Notes: generated by a model not told the origin, from the sequence alone. 64,000 nucleotides of DNA from Kiritimatiellia bacterium (GCA_050950285.1 JBMNHG010000002.1:124001-188000); one strand, 5' to 3'. Positions 21,606 through 31,843 are shown, counted from the first letter of the stretch. A program made the numbers and translations.

Positions 21606-22931
21606 ATGAGCCTCGAAACAGACCAGGCTATCTACGACGCCCGTTCCCTCGGCATCCCGAAGGTGGGCATTCTCGGCGTCCAGCACATGTTCGCCATGTT
21701 TGGCGCGACCGTCCTCGTGCCGCTCATCACGGGGCTGCCGATCGACACCACGCTCCTGATGGCCGGTCTGGGCACACTGCTCTTCCACGTGATCTCCGGA
21801 GGGAAGGTGCCGGCGTTCCTCGGCTCGTCGTTCGCGTTCCTCGGCGGCTACAGCGCGGTCGCGCCCCGGCTGGCGCAAGGCGCATCCAACGTCGAGATGC
21901 TCCCATACGCTTGCGTCGGCGTGGCGGTTGCAGGCTTGCTCTACCTCGTGGTCGCCGGGCTCATCAAGATGTTTGGCATCAAGAAGGTGATGAAGTTCTT
22001 CCCGCCCATCGTCACCGGCCCGATCATCATCTCGATCGGGCTTTGCCTGGCTCCCGTGGCCGTCGAGGGCTGCAAGGCCAACTGGCTGCTCGCCCTGGTG
22101 GCGCTCGTCACCATCATCGTGTGCAACCTCTTCGGGAAGGGCATGGTCAAGATCATCCCGATCCTCGTGGGCATCCTCGTGTCGTACGTCGTGGCCGTGT
22201 TCACGAAGGCGGTCGATTTCTCGCCGATCGCCGATGCGGCGTGGATCGGCCTGCCCGTCCACAAGGAGTTCACGGTGCTGAACGCCACCGATTCGTCGAA
22301 GATCCTTTCGGCCATCATCGCGATCGCGCCCATCGCGCTGGCCACGATCATGGAGCACATCGGCGACATCTGCGCCATCTCCTCGACCATCGGCAAGGAC
22401 CTGCTCAAAGATCCGGGCCTGCACCGCACGCTGGCGGGCGACGGGCTTGCGACGACGATGGCGGCTTTGTTCGGCGGCCCCGCCAACACGACCTACGGCG
22501 AGAACACGGGCGTCCTGGCGCTCACCAAGGTCTACGACCCGCTCGTGATCCGCGTCGCCGCGGTCCTGGCGGTCCTGCTGTCGTTCTGCCCGAAATTCGC
22601 AGCGGTCATCCAGACGATCCCCGGGGCCATCGTGGGCGGAATCTCGTTCGTGCTGTACGGCATGATCTCCGCCGTCGGCATCCGCAACCTGGTCGAAAAC
22701 CACGTCGACTTCTCCAAGCCGCGCAACCTGATCATCGCCGCGGTCATCCTCGTTTCGGCGCTTGGCGGGGCGACCATCGATTTCACCGTCAAGAGCGTCG
22801 CGATCAAGATCACGCCGCTTGCCGTGGCGTCCATCGCAGGCATCCTGCTCAACGCGGTGCTCCCCGACAGCGATTATGCCACGCGCGCCAGGGACGATGA
22901 GGCGCCCAAGGGCCACACCTTCAACGTGTAG
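21606..22931 (+). CDS. uraA: Uracil permease (NCS2 family)
   Basis: QHMFAMFGATVLVP, FLGSSFAF, EHIGD, NTTYGENTGV; RBS AGGAG. Confidence 0.93.
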   Translation: MSLETDQAIYDARSLGIPKVGILGVQHMFAMFGATVLVPLITGLPIDTTLLMAGLGTLLFHVISGGKVPAFLGSSFAFLGGYSAVAPRLAQGASNVEMLPYACVGVAVAGLLYLVVAGLIKMFGIKKVMKFFPPIVTGPIIISIGLCLAPVAVEGCKANWLLALVALVTIIVCNLFGKGMVKIIPILVGILVSYVVAVFTKAVDFSPIADAAWIGLPVHKEFTVLNATDSSKILSAIIAIAPIALATIMEHIGDICAISSTIGKDLLKDPGLHRTLAGDGLATTMAALFGGPANTTYGENTGVLALTKVYDPLVIRVAAVLAVLLSFCPKFAAVIQTIPGAIVGGISFVLYGMISAVGIRNLVENHVDFSKPRNLIIAAVILVSALGGATIDFTVKSVAIKITPLAVASIAGILLNAVLPDSDYATRARDDEAPKGHTFNV

Positions 22932-22949
22932 TCCGGAGTGAAATGAATT

Positions 22950-22995
22950 GAGAGGGTGGAGGATTTGCTGTATCCTGCACCCTCTCTTCTTTTTT
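22950..22995 (+). terminator. Intrinsic terminator after uraA, overlapping a putative tRNA promoter
   Basis: GAGAGGGTG.AGGAT...ATCCT.CACCCTCTC followed by TTCTTTTTT; contains TTGAGA(22948)-17 bp-TATCCT(22971). Confidence 0.6.
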
Positions 22996-22997
22996 GG

Positions 22998-23074
22998 ACC
23001 CCCGTAGCTCAGTTGGATAGAGCAGCGTCCTTCTAAGTCGCAGGCCGCGCGTTCGAATCGCGCCGGGGGTGCCA
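22998..23074 (+). tRNA. tRNA-Arg(TCT)
   Basis: Acceptor stem ACCCCCG/CGGGGGT, D-arm GCTCAGTTGGATAGAGC, anticodon loop CTTCTAA, T-arm GCGCG-TTCGAAT-CGCGC, encoded CCA. Confidence 0.95.
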
Positions 23075-23161
23075 TTCCATTCCGTTGCGGGAAGGCAAGG
23101 GGCGCAAAAACGGGTGCGGAAACGCAACCATGCCGTATCCTTGCCTTTTCACCATAGCTCC

Positions 23162-24121
23162 ATGCAGGTTCTGACCCACATTCGCGCGTTCCGAAGGCTT
23201 CCCGGGCCGATCGTGCTGGCCGCAGGGTTCTTCGATGGCGTGCATCGGGGCCATGCGCGCGTGCTCCAGGCCGCCGTGGACGAAGCGCGGGAAATGGGCG
23301 CGGAAGCGTGGGTGCTCACCTTCGACCGCCATCCGATGGCGCTGCTTGCTCCAGAACGCAAGCCGCCTCTGCTCACCTCGCCCGAGCGAAAACTCGAACT
23401 GCTGGAAGAGTTCGGCTTCGACGGGTGTCTCGTGCTGCCCTTCACCCGTGCCCTGGCCGCCCAGTCGCCCCGGCGATTCATCGCTTCGCTGGCGGGGGCC
23501 GCCCAATCTGCGCCTGACGCACCCGCTCGCATCGCGGCCCTCCATTGCGGAGCCAACTGGACCTTCGGCGCCCAGGCCGCCGGCACATGGCCCGTCCTCC
23601 GGGAACTGGGGCGCGAATTCGGCTTCCGCGCGCGCAAGTCGCGCCCCGTCCTCCGTGGAGGACAGCCCGTCTCCAGCACGCGGATCCGCAACGCCGTCGC
23701 AACGGGCGATCTCGCGCTCGCCGCACGGATGCTCGGCCGTGCGCCTTCGGTCGAGGGCGTGGTGCGCCCCGGACGCGCCGTGGGCCGCACCCTGGGACGC
23801 CCCACCGCCAATCTCGCGCCCCGCCCCAGCATCGTCCTTCCGCCCGATGGCGTCTATGCCGTGGAGGTGCGAACCGGAAAAAACGGCGCGCCGCTTCGGG
23901 GCGTCGCGAACCTGGGGCCCCGCCCCACCTTCCACGATGCCGCATCGGCCCGCCGCACCCTCGAAATCCACCTGCTCGATTTCGACGGCGACCTCTACGG
24001 GGAGACGCTCGAGGTGTCCTTCCTCCGCTTCCTGCGCACGATCCGCGCCTTCGACACGCCCGCCGCGCTGGCCGCGCAGATTGCGAAAGACGTAGCGCGC
24101 ACGCGGAACCCCATGCTATAA
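23162..24121 (+). CDS. ribF: Riboflavin kinase/FMN adenylyltransferase
   Basis: GFFDGVHRGH, VSSTRIR, GRTLGRPTAN, GVY, EIHLLDF.GDLYG. Confidence 0.95.
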   Translation: MQVLTHIRAFRRLPGPIVLAAGFFDGVHRGHARVLQAAVDEAREMGAEAWVLTFDRHPMALLAPERKPPLLTSPERKLELLEEFGFDGCLVLPFTRALAAQSPRRFIASLAGAAQSAPDAPARIAALHCGANWTFGAQAAGTWPVLRELGREFGFRARKSRPVLRGGQPVSSTRIRNAVATGDLALAARMLGRAPSVEGVVRPGRAVGRTLGRPTANLAPRPSIVLPPDGVYAVEVRTGKNGAPLRGVANLGPRPTFHDAASARRTLEIHLLDFDGDLYGETLEVSFLRFLRTIRAFDTPAALAAQIAKDVARTRNPML

Positions 24122-24176
24122 TGCTCTCTTCTTCTTCCTGCACACCCGCACCCCTGCCCCTTTAACGAAAGCAACC

Positions 24177-25205
24177 GTGAAACCCTATCGCATCGGCCTT
24201 CTCCTGCTCCTCGCCCTGCTGGTCGCCGGGCCTGTAGCCGAAGCCGCCCCCGAAGGCCGCTTCGTCTACGCAAGCTGGAACACCGAGAACTTCTTCGACG
24301 CGGACGACGATCCCGACAACGAAGGCGACGACGAATTCACCGCCGAAGCCTGGACCCGCTGGACGCCCGCCCGTTACGAACTCAAGCTCAAACACATCGC
24401 GCAGGTAATCGCCGCCATGAAGCCGGACGTGATCTTCCTCACGGAGATCGAGAACCTTCGCGTGATGCGCGACCTTCGCGACGCCGTGAAGGATGCCGGC
24501 TGGGACATGCCTTTCATCATCCACCGCGACGGGCCGGACAAGCGCGGCATCGACAACGCCGCCCTCTCGCGCCACAAGCCCGTAAAGGTCGATTGGCTCT
24601 CGCCCACCCCCTACCAGCGTCTTGTGCTGGTGGCGGAATTCAAGGTGGACGGCAGAAAACTCACCCTCTTCGGCAACCACTGGAAGTCGCACTACGGAAA
24701 CGCCGAGCAGGCAACCCAGACGCGAACGGCCGAAGCCCGTGCCGTGCGCGCCGCCATCGAAGAACACCTCGCGGCCGATCCGGCGGCGGCCATCCTCTGT
24801 TCCGGCGACTTCAACGACAGCATCGACACGCCGATCCTCCTGGACGAGGCCGCCTTCTCCACCAACCGCACCGCCGTGCTCGAGGGAAAGAAGGGCCATC
24901 TGCTGTACAACCTCGCCTCGGGCAGGCCCAAAAAGGAAATCCGAACCTACTATTACTCCCGCAAGAACCGCTGGGACTCCTTCGACTCCATCCTCGTATC
25001 GCCCGGACTCCTCCATGACGCGGAGAACCCGTCGCCGTGGGTGGTCGACGAGGCGACCTACCAGGTCTTCACCCTCCCCAAAATGCGCGACAAGAAGAAC
25101 GGGGCGCCCATCCCCTTCCGCCGCGTCGTGCGCAGAACCGGCGTCGAAGTCCTCTCCGGCTATTCCGACCACTTCCCCGTCCGCGTGGAACTCTTCTTCC
25201 GTTGA
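24177..25205 (+). CDS. Secreted endonuclease/exonuclease/phosphatase-family protein
   Basis: Signal peptide; SWNTENFFD, EIEN, NHWKS, GDFND, GYSDHFPV. Confidence 0.9.
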   Translation: MKPYRIGLLLLLALLVAGPVAEAAPEGRFVYASWNTENFFDADDDPDNEGDDEFTAEAWTRWTPARYELKLKHIAQVIAAMKPDVIFLTEIENLRVMRDLRDAVKDAGWDMPFIIHRDGPDKRGIDNAALSRHKPVKVDWLSPTPYQRLVLVAEFKVDGRKLTLFGNHWKSHYGNAEQATQTRTAEARAVRAAIEEHLAADPAAAILCSGDFNDSIDTPILLDEAAFSTNRTAVLEGKKGHLLYNLASGRPKKEIRTYYYSRKNRWDSFDSILVSPGLLHDAENPSPWVVDEATYQVFTLPKMRDKKNGAPIPFRRVVRRTGVEVLSGYSDHFPVRVELFFR

Positions 25206-25225
25206 CCGTGTTCCCGCATCCCGCC

Positions 25226-26326
25226 ATGGCCACCTTCTCCGATGACCGTGTCGCCCGCGCGCTGGATCGCGCCAACGACTTCTGGGATGCTCGTTCGAGC
25301 CGGCCCATCGTGAGCATCTACACCGAGCCGGCCTACCGCCAGGAAAGCGATCCGGCCCGCTTGCTCGCGGGTGCCGAGGCCTGCATCCGCCAAGACGCCG
25401 CAAGCGGCGAGCCGGACATCCTCCCCACCTTCTGGCCCGATTTCGGCACCATCTCCACCGCCGCCATCTGGGGAGGCGAAATCATCCCGCCGCCGCCCGG
25501 CGGCTTCATCCACATCCACCCCGTGGCCGAAACCGTCGAAGACCTCGCGAAGTTGCGCCCGCGCCCCTTCGAGGAAACCGACTTCCAGCGCGCCATCACC
25601 CTCTTCCGCGCACTGGAGAAGCAGATGCCCGATACGCCCCTCTTCATCCGGACGCCGGATTTCCAGGGGCCGATGAACACCCTGGCGCTCGTGATGCGCC
25701 AGACGGAGATGCTCTGCGCGCTCTACGACGCTCCCGGCGCCATCGGACGCGCGCTCGACCACATCGCCGACGTCCTGATCGACTACGTCGGCCGCTTCCT
25801 CCGCGAAATCGGCCCCGAACGCGTCATCGGCAACATCTGGCCCTTCATCACCCTCCCGGCGAACCGCGGCGTCGCCGTCACGCAGGACTACATGCCCCTG
25901 CTGGGCAAAGAGGCCTACGCCGAATTCGAAGTCCCGCGCCTCAGGCGCATCGCCGACGCCTTCGGCGGCGTCTTCATCCACTGCTGCGGCGTCTACCGCC
26001 AGCACCTGGAGACGCTGAAGAACGGGAATTTCAAGCTCTACGGCCTCGAAATGGCCCACCCGCAGATGGACCCGCAGGCCGTCTACGAGGTCTTCGGCGA
26101 CGACATCGCCTACCTCGTGGGCGTTTCGCCCGACGGCTTGCGGGACTACCCCACCACCGTGGAATTCGCCCGGCACCTCGCCACCCAACCTTGTTCCCGC
26201 GCCCGCTATTGGTTCGCCGCCACGCCCGATTGGCTGGATACCGCCGCCCTTCACGACGTGGTCGAAACCTCCTTCGGCCGCGAATCCCCGCATCCCGAAT
26301 CCATCCCCTCCAGACTCCACCCATGA
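25226..26326 (+). CDS. Uroporphyrinogen decarboxylase (URO-D/MtaA)-superfamily protein
   Basis: PDFQGPMNTL, EMLCALYDAP, QDYMPLLG...EFEVP, IHCCG. Confidence 0.7.
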   Translation: MATFSDDRVARALDRANDFWDARSSRPIVSIYTEPAYRQESDPARLLAGAEACIRQDAASGEPDILPTFWPDFGTISTAAIWGGEIIPPPPGGFIHIHPVAETVEDLAKLRPRPFEETDFQRAITLFRALEKQMPDTPLFIRTPDFQGPMNTLALVMRQTEMLCALYDAPGAIGRALDHIADVLIDYVGRFLREIGPERVIGNIWPFITLPANRGVAVTQDYMPLLGKEAYAEFEVPRLRRIADAFGGVFIHCCGVYRQHLETLKNGNFKLYGLEMAHPQMDPQAVYEVFGDDIAYLVGVSPDGLRDYPTTVEFARHLATQPCSRARYWFAATPDWLDTAALHDVVETSFGRESPHPESIPSRLHP

Positions 26327-28803
26327 ATCCTCCTGTCCCGAAGCCCGTCGTCAACCGCCGCGAACGCCGCGTCCAAATGTCCACCGAAAGCCTCATGGAA
26401 GACTTCCAGTGGCACCTCCGCTACACCCTGGCGAAGGATCAGGCGGACTCCACCGAGTACGACCACTACATCGCCCTCTCCAAATCCGTGCGCGACCGGC
26501 TCGTCGAACGCTGGATCATCACCCAGCAGGCCTACCGGAACCAGAACGTCAAGCGCGTCTACTACCTCTCGCTCGAGTTCCTGATGGGCCGCCTGCTCGG
26601 CAACAACGTCATCAGCCTCAAACTCGACGACCAGTGCAGCGAAGCCATGGCCGAATTCGGGCTGGACTGGAACTCCCTGCGCGACGACGAGCTGGACGCC
26701 GGTCTCGGCAACGGCGGCCTCGGGCGCCTCGCCGCCTGCTTCCTCGACTCGCTCGCGACCCTCCGCTATCCCGGCATGGGCTACGGCCTGCGCTACAACT
26801 ACGGCATCTTCCGCCAGAAGATCGTGGACGGCGCCCAGGTGGAAATGCCCGACCATTGGCTCAAAGACGGCTATCCATGGGAAATCGCCCGCCCCGAATT
26901 CGCCTGCCAGGTCCAGTTCGAAGGCCGCGTGGAAACCTCGGACGCCGACGGCCGGACCACGTCGCGCTGGGTCGGCACCAACGACGTGATCGGAACGCCC
27001 TACGACATCCCGGTGGTCGGCTACGGCGGCTACGTGGTGAACAACCTGCGCCTCTGGTCGGCCCAGGCCGTCGACGAATTCGACCTCTCGGACTTCAACC
27101 GCGGCTCGTACATCGAAGCCGTCGAGAGCAAGGTGCTCGCCGAAAACCTCACGAAGGTGCTCTACCCGAACGACAGCGTCGACCAGGGGAAAGAGCTGCG
27201 CCTCCGCCAGCAGTACTTCTTCGTCGCCTGCTCCCTGCAGGACATCCTCCGCCGTTTCCGCCTCACCGGGAAGCCCTGGTCCGCACTGCCGGACATGGCG
27301 GCGATCCAGATGAACGACACCCACCCCGCGCTTTCCGTGGCCGAGCTGATGCGCCTGCTGGTGGACGTCGAACACCTCGACTGGGACGAAGCCTGGGGGA
27401 TCACCGTGGCCTGCCTGGGCTACACCAACCACACCGTGATGCCCGAAGCGCTCGAGTGCTGGGGCGTGTCGCTCCTCGGCCGCCTCCTGCCGCGACACCT
27501 GCAGATCATCTACGAAATCAACGGCCACTTCCTCCGCGAAGTCGCCGCCCGCTACCCCGGCGACCTCGCGCGTCTCCGCCGCATGAGCATCATCGAGGAG
27601 GGCGACGAGAAGAAGGTGCGCATGGCCAACCTCGCCATCGTCGGATCGCACGCCGTGAACGGCGTGGCCGCCCTCCACTCCGAAATCCTCCGCCGCAGCC
27701 TCTTCCCCGAGTTCGACGCCTTCTGGCCCGGCAAGTTCTGCAACAAGACCAACGGCATCACCCAGCGCCGCTGGCTCCTCAAGGCCAACACCGGCCTCGC
27801 CTCGCTCGTCACCGACGCCATCGGCCCCGACTGGATCACCGACCTCGACCGTCTCGAGGGCATCGAGGCCTTCCTCGACGACGCCTCGTTCCTCCAGCGC
27901 TTCCGCGAGGTGAAGCAGGCGAACAAGACCGCCCTCGCCAGCCTCATCCGCAAGGAGGTCGGCATCGCCGCCGATCCGGGATCCCTCTTCGATGTCCACG
28001 TGAAGCGCATCCACGAGTACAAGCGGCAGCTCCTGCTCGCCCTCTACATCGTCGTGCTCTTCAGCCGCCTCGTCGAAAACCCCTCGCTCGACATCCACCC
28101 CCGCACCTTCCTCTTCGCCGGGAAGGCCGCGCCCGGCTACGCCATGGCCAAGCTCATCATCCAGCTCATCCACGCCATCGGCGCCGTCGTGAACGACCAC
28201 CCCGCGATCGACGGCCGCCTGAAGGTCGTCTTCCTGCCCGACTACCGCGTCTCCCTCGCCGAACGCATCATCCCCGCCGCGAACGTGAGCGAGCAAATCT
28301 CGCTCGCCGGCATGGAGGCGTCGGGAACCGGCAACATGAAGCTCATGCTCAACGGCGCCCTCACCGTGGGCACCCTCGACGGCGCGAACGTCGAAATCCA
28401 CGAGGCCGTGGGCGACGAGAACATCTTCATCTTCGGCATGAACGCCCAGGAGGTCGCCCTCCTCCGCGCCTCGTACAACTCGCGCGCGGTGCTTGAGAAA
28501 GATCCCGAAATCGCCAGGGCCGTGGAACTCATCCGGAGCAACGTCTTCTCGCCGCGCTCGCCCGGACTCTTCGACCCCATCGTGAAGTCCCTCATCGACT
28601 GGGGCGACCACTACATGCTCCTCGCCGACCTCCGCAGCTACATCGAGGTCCAGGACCGCGTGGACGCCCTCTACCGCATGACCCGCCAATGGGACCGCAC
28701 CGCCGTCCTGAACGTCGCGCGCGCCGGACGCTTCTCCTCCGACCGCACCATCCGCGAATACGCCCGCGACATCTGGCACATCGAGCCCGTCAAGTTCCGC
28801 TAG
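26323..28803 (+). CDS. glgP: Glycogen/starch phosphorylase
   Basis: YYLSLEFLMGR, GLGNGGLGRLAACF, NDTHP, KRIHEYKRQ, EASGTGNMK, FSSDRTI. Confidence 0.97.
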   Translation: MNPPVPKPVVNRRERRVQMSTESLMEDFQWHLRYTLAKDQADSTEYDHYIALSKSVRDRLVERWIITQQAYRNQNVKRVYYLSLEFLMGRLLGNNVISLKLDDQCSEAMAEFGLDWNSLRDDELDAGLGNGGLGRLAACFLDSLATLRYPGMGYGLRYNYGIFRQKIVDGAQVEMPDHWLKDGYPWEIARPEFACQVQFEGRVETSDADGRTTSRWVGTNDVIGTPYDIPVVGYGGYVVNNLRLWSAQAVDEFDLSDFNRGSYIEAVESKVLAENLTKVLYPNDSVDQGKELRLRQQYFFVACSLQDILRRFRLTGKPWSALPDMAAIQMNDTHPALSVAELMRLLVDVEHLDWDEAWGITVACLGYTNHTVMPEALECWGVSLLGRLLPRHLQIIYEINGHFLREVAARYPGDLARLRRMSIIEEGDEKKVRMANLAIVGSHAVNGVAALHSEILRRSLFPEFDAFWPGKFCNKTNGITQRRWLLKANTGLASLVTDAIGPDWITDLDRLEGIEAFLDDASFLQRFREVKQANKTALASLIRKEVGIAADPGSLFDVHVKRIHEYKRQLLLALYIVVLFSRLVENPSLDIHPRTFLFAGKAAPGYAMAKLIIQLIHAIGAVVNDHPAIDGRLKVVFLPDYRVSLAERIIPAANVSEQISLAGMEASGTGNMKLMLNGALTVGTLDGANVEIHEAVGDENIFIFGMNAQEVALLRASYNSRAVLEKDPEIARAVELIRSNVFSPRSPGLFDPIVKSLIDWGDHYMLLADLRSYIEVQDRVDALYRMTRQWDRTAVLNVARAGRFSSDRTIREYARDIWHIEPVKFR

Positions 28804-28819
28804 CCGGACCGACCGCAGG

Positions 28820-28862
28820 AAAAAGCGGCGCGCCGCAAAAAAAGCGGCGCGCCGCGAATTTT
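28820..28862. terminator. Bidirectional terminator between convergent genes
   Basis: Self-palindromic GCGGCGCGCCGC occurs twice (28825-28836, 28844-28855) around A7, flanked by A and T runs. Confidence 0.65.
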
Positions 28863-28897
28863 CGCCCGCAGGGTCCCCTCCCCCGTCCGCGAGCCGC

Positions 28898-30727
28898 CTA
28901 GCGGGCCAGCATCGCGCCCAGGTTGTAGTTCTGCGGGGGCTGCGGAACGCCCGTCCCGACGCCGCGCGCCATGAGCGCCTTGAGTTCGTCGAGGTGCGAC
29001 TCGTAGACGCCGCGCGGCGTGCAGCCGTGCTTCGCGCACAGGCTCGCGGCCATGCCCACCACCTCGCCCATCATGCCCGTCGTGCGCATCACGCGCACCG
29101 TGCCGAGGGCCACGTGGGTGACGGAGATGTTCCGCCCCGCCATGAAGAGGTTCGCGACGTTGCGCGAATACAGGCAGCGGTACGGGATGGGGCAGCCGTA
29201 GTGCTTGTTGTGCGTGCAGATCGACCGGAAGGGCTCTCCCGGATAGTTCTTCCGGTTGCGCGGCATCGGGTAGTGCAGGTCGATCGCCCACGTGGCGAGG
29301 CAGGTGCCGTCCGGATGCGGGCGTTCTTCGAAGATGTCTTGCTGGGAGAGGATGTGGTCGCCCAGCAGACGGCGCGATTCGCGCTTCCCGGCCACGAAGG
29401 CGACCCAGTCGAAGACGCGACGGGCGTAGTCGTCCTTCTTCGCGGAATGGTTTTTGAGGAAGGCCCAGTTCGAGTAGACCACCAGCATCCCGTAGTCGCG
29501 GATGTGCTCGAAATCCCCGATGGGGTCGCGCATCATGCCGGTCTCCCAGTCCCAGTCGCCGCGTGTCCCGTGCTCGCAGCTTTCTTCGGTGAAGGCAATC
29601 ATCCAGTCGCGCGTGGGGAAGGGCGCGGGAGCGTCGACCGTCTTCGTGTACCACTGCACCGAGGCCCCCATCACCATCGAGTCCGGCGCGTCGGGCGCCA
29701 TGTCCTCGCCCGTCTCGGCCTTCGACTCCCGGCCCATGCGGAAGTCCGCGCCCGCCAGCGCGCCCAGCGCGCCGTCTCCCGTGCAGTCGGCGAAGAGCGG
29801 GGCTTCGAAGCGCGTGATGCGGCCGGAAACGACATCGCGCCCGCGCACGGCGCCGATGCGGTCGCCCTCCATGTCGGCGGCGACAATCCGCGTGTCCAGG
29901 AAAAGGCGGATGTTCTTCTCGGCGGCCACGGCATCGAGCTTGCGCTGGTCTTCGTAGCGTTCGGGAGGCTGGGCGTTGCCGCCCTGGGCGGGGCCGATCT
30001 CCGCCACGACGTCGCCGAGGCGCGGGTACTCCCCCAGGTTCATGAAGCCGCCCAGATGCACGCGCACCTCGCTCGAATTGGCGCCGCCCAGCATCGGGCG
30101 GTCCTGCACGAGCGCCACCGAAAGCCCCAGGCGCGCCGCCGACAGGGCGGTGCAGACGCCCGCGATGCCGCCGCCCGCCACGACCAGGTCCGTCCGCACG
30201 ACCTCCGCCGGCTCCGCCTCCGAAGCCAGGCGAGCGGGGATGTCCGGCAGATGCGCCGGGTCGGGGTCCAGCGTGAGGCATACGGCGTCGCACCGCCCGT
30301 CGAAGCCCGTGAGATCGCGGAGGGAAAGCCTCCCCTTCCCCGCCGGGAGCGCGACGACGCCGGCCTTCTGCCAGGCCCAGGCGTCGCCCTGCGTGCCGAG
30401 CGTCCCGGGAAGCGGCACGCCGTTCACCAGCACGTGGAAGGTCCCGGCGGCGGCGGACGTCCACGGCGCCGTCCAGTTGCGCGTCCGGACGAAGACATGG
30501 TAGTCCCCGGCTTCCAGCGCTTCGAAGGAGGTCGAAGCGTCCGCCACCGGAACGCCCAATCCGTGGGCGAGAAGATAGGACGACCCCATCTGGTCGATGA
30601 ACTGGGAGTCGACCACCCACCCGCCCTTCTCTTCGAAGCGCTCCGCCTCGAGGAGGAGGGTCCCCCGCCCCGCCAACGCCATGCAGGAAACACCCGCACC
30701 GCACGCGATTCTCGTTGCCATGTTCAT
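28898..30727 (-). CDS. FAD-dependent oxidoreductase with N-terminal beta-sandwich
   Basis: DLVVAGGGIAG, LGGANSSE, DCTGDG, GKRESRR, IPYRCLYS, AGRNIS; start approximate. Confidence 0.88.
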   Translation of the reverse strand: MNMATRIACGAGVSCMALAGRGTLLLEAERFEEKGGWVVDSQFIDQMGSSYLLAHGLGVPVADASTSFEALEAGDYHVFVRTRNWTAPWTSAAAGTFHVLVNGVPLPGTLGTQGDAWAWQKAGVVALPAGKGRLSLRDLTGFDGRCDAVCLTLDPDPAHLPDIPARLASEAEPAEVVRTDLVVAGGGIAGVCTALSAARLGLSVALVQDRPMLGGANSSEVRVHLGGFMNLGEYPRLGDVVAEIGPAQGGNAQPPERYEDQRKLDAVAAEKNIRLFLDTRIVAADMEGDRIGAVRGRDVVSGRITRFEAPLFADCTGDGALGALAGADFRMGRESKAETGEDMAPDAPDSMVMGASVQWYTKTVDAPAPFPTRDWMIAFTEESCEHGTRGDWDWETGMMRDPIGDFEHIRDYGMLVVYSNWAFLKNHSAKKDDYARRVFDWVAFVAGKRESRRLLGDHILSQQDIFEERPHPDGTCLATWAIDLHYPMPRNRKNYPGEPFRSICTHNKHYGCPIPYRCLYSRNVANLFMAGRNISVTHVALGTVRVMRTTGMMGEVVGMAASLCAKHGCTPRGVYESHLDELKALMARGVGTGVPQPPQNYNLGAMLAR

Positions 30728-30741
30728 TCCCGCCCGCCGTT

Positions 30742-31806
30742 TCATGCCGAAGGAAGCGCAACGGGCCGGTTCGCCCGATGCGACTCGTAGAGACCAAAGA
30801 CCAGCCGCACCGCCTCGGCGGCCGCCTCGACGGTCACTTCCGGCGCGCGCCGTTCGCGGATTGCGGCGACCACGTCCGCGAACTGCGCGTTGTGCCCTCC
30901 GCCGTAGTAGGTCTTGCCGACCGTCGAGAAGGGCGCCGGCGCGCGGGCTGCCTCCTCCAGCTCGGCGCGGACCCGCTCGCTTTCCCCGGGAGCGGCCATC
31001 TCCACTTGCACCGGCTTGTCGTCGCGCACCACGATCGCCCCGTGCGTGCCCCGGAAGGCCAGTTCCGCCTGCCAGTCCAGGCTGCTGGCGTTCGAGGCCG
31101 TGATCGTGCCCAGCGCGCCGTCGCGCCGGAAGCGCACCGCGGCGACCGCGGTGTCCTCGCACTCCATCGAGCCTTGGTGCGCCAGGTTCGCGTACATCCC
31201 GGAGACCGTCTCGATCCCGCCCGCGATCCACTGGAAGAGGTCGAGGAAATGGATGGCCTGGTTGATGAGGACCGCCCCGCCCTCCAGCGCCCACGTGCCG
31301 CGCCAGGCGTCGGCCCGATAGTAGTCGTCGCTCCGGAAGCAATGGAGCTGGACGCCCGCCGTGAGCAGATGCCCCAGGGCGCCGCCCCGCACCAGGCCGT
31401 ACAGCGCGCGGTTGATCTTGTCGAAGCGGTGCTGGAAGACGCCGCTGGCCACAAGGTCGGGGCGGCGCGCCGCGGCATCGAGGATGCGCCGGAGGTTCCG
31501 GGAATCGTTGGCGAGCGCCTTTTCGCAGAGGACGTGCTTCCCGGCATCGAGCGCGCCGCACACCAGATCCGCGTGCGACGCATGGTCCGTGCAGACGCAC
31601 ACGAGGTCGACCTCCGGGTCGGCAAAGACCTCCGCGGCCTCCGCCGTCGTGCGCGGGATCGCGTAGGCGGCGGCCAGCGTCTCCGCCTTCTCCCGGATCC
31701 GGTCGCACGCCCAGCGCACCTCGACGCCCGGCAGGCCCTGCAGCCCGCCCGCGTGGGTGGGCGCGATGACGCCGTTTCCGACAATCGCTGCGACAATCTT
31801 CTTCAT
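30742..31806 (-). CDS. Gfo/Idh/MocA oxidoreductase
   Basis: IVGNGVI, GKHVLCEKAL, WRGTW..EGGAVLINQAIHFLD. Confidence 0.92.
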   Translation of the reverse strand: MKKIVAAIVGNGVIAPTHAGGLQGLPGVEVRWACDRIREKAETLAAAYAIPRTTAEAAEVFADPEVDLVCVCTDHASHADLVCGALDAGKHVLCEKALANDSRNLRRILDAAARRPDLVASGVFQHRFDKINRALYGLVRGGALGHLLTAGVQLHCFRSDDYYRADAWRGTWALEGGAVLINQAIHFLDLFQWIAGGIETVSGMYANLAHQGSMECEDTAVAAVRFRRDGALGTITASNASSLDWQAELAFRGTHGAIVVRDDKPVQVEMAAPGESERVRAELEEAARAPAPFSTVGKTYYGGGHNAQFADVVAAIRERRAPEVTVEAAAEAVRLVFGLYESHRANRPVALPSA

Positions 31807-31843
31807 GGCATCCCACCGGGGACGGGCGACTCCTGGCCGCCCG

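Noticed and set aside
22998..23074. tRNA-Arg as an integration site for a prophage or ICE
   Set aside because: No integrase and no duplicated tRNA 3' end seen; ribF follows directly.
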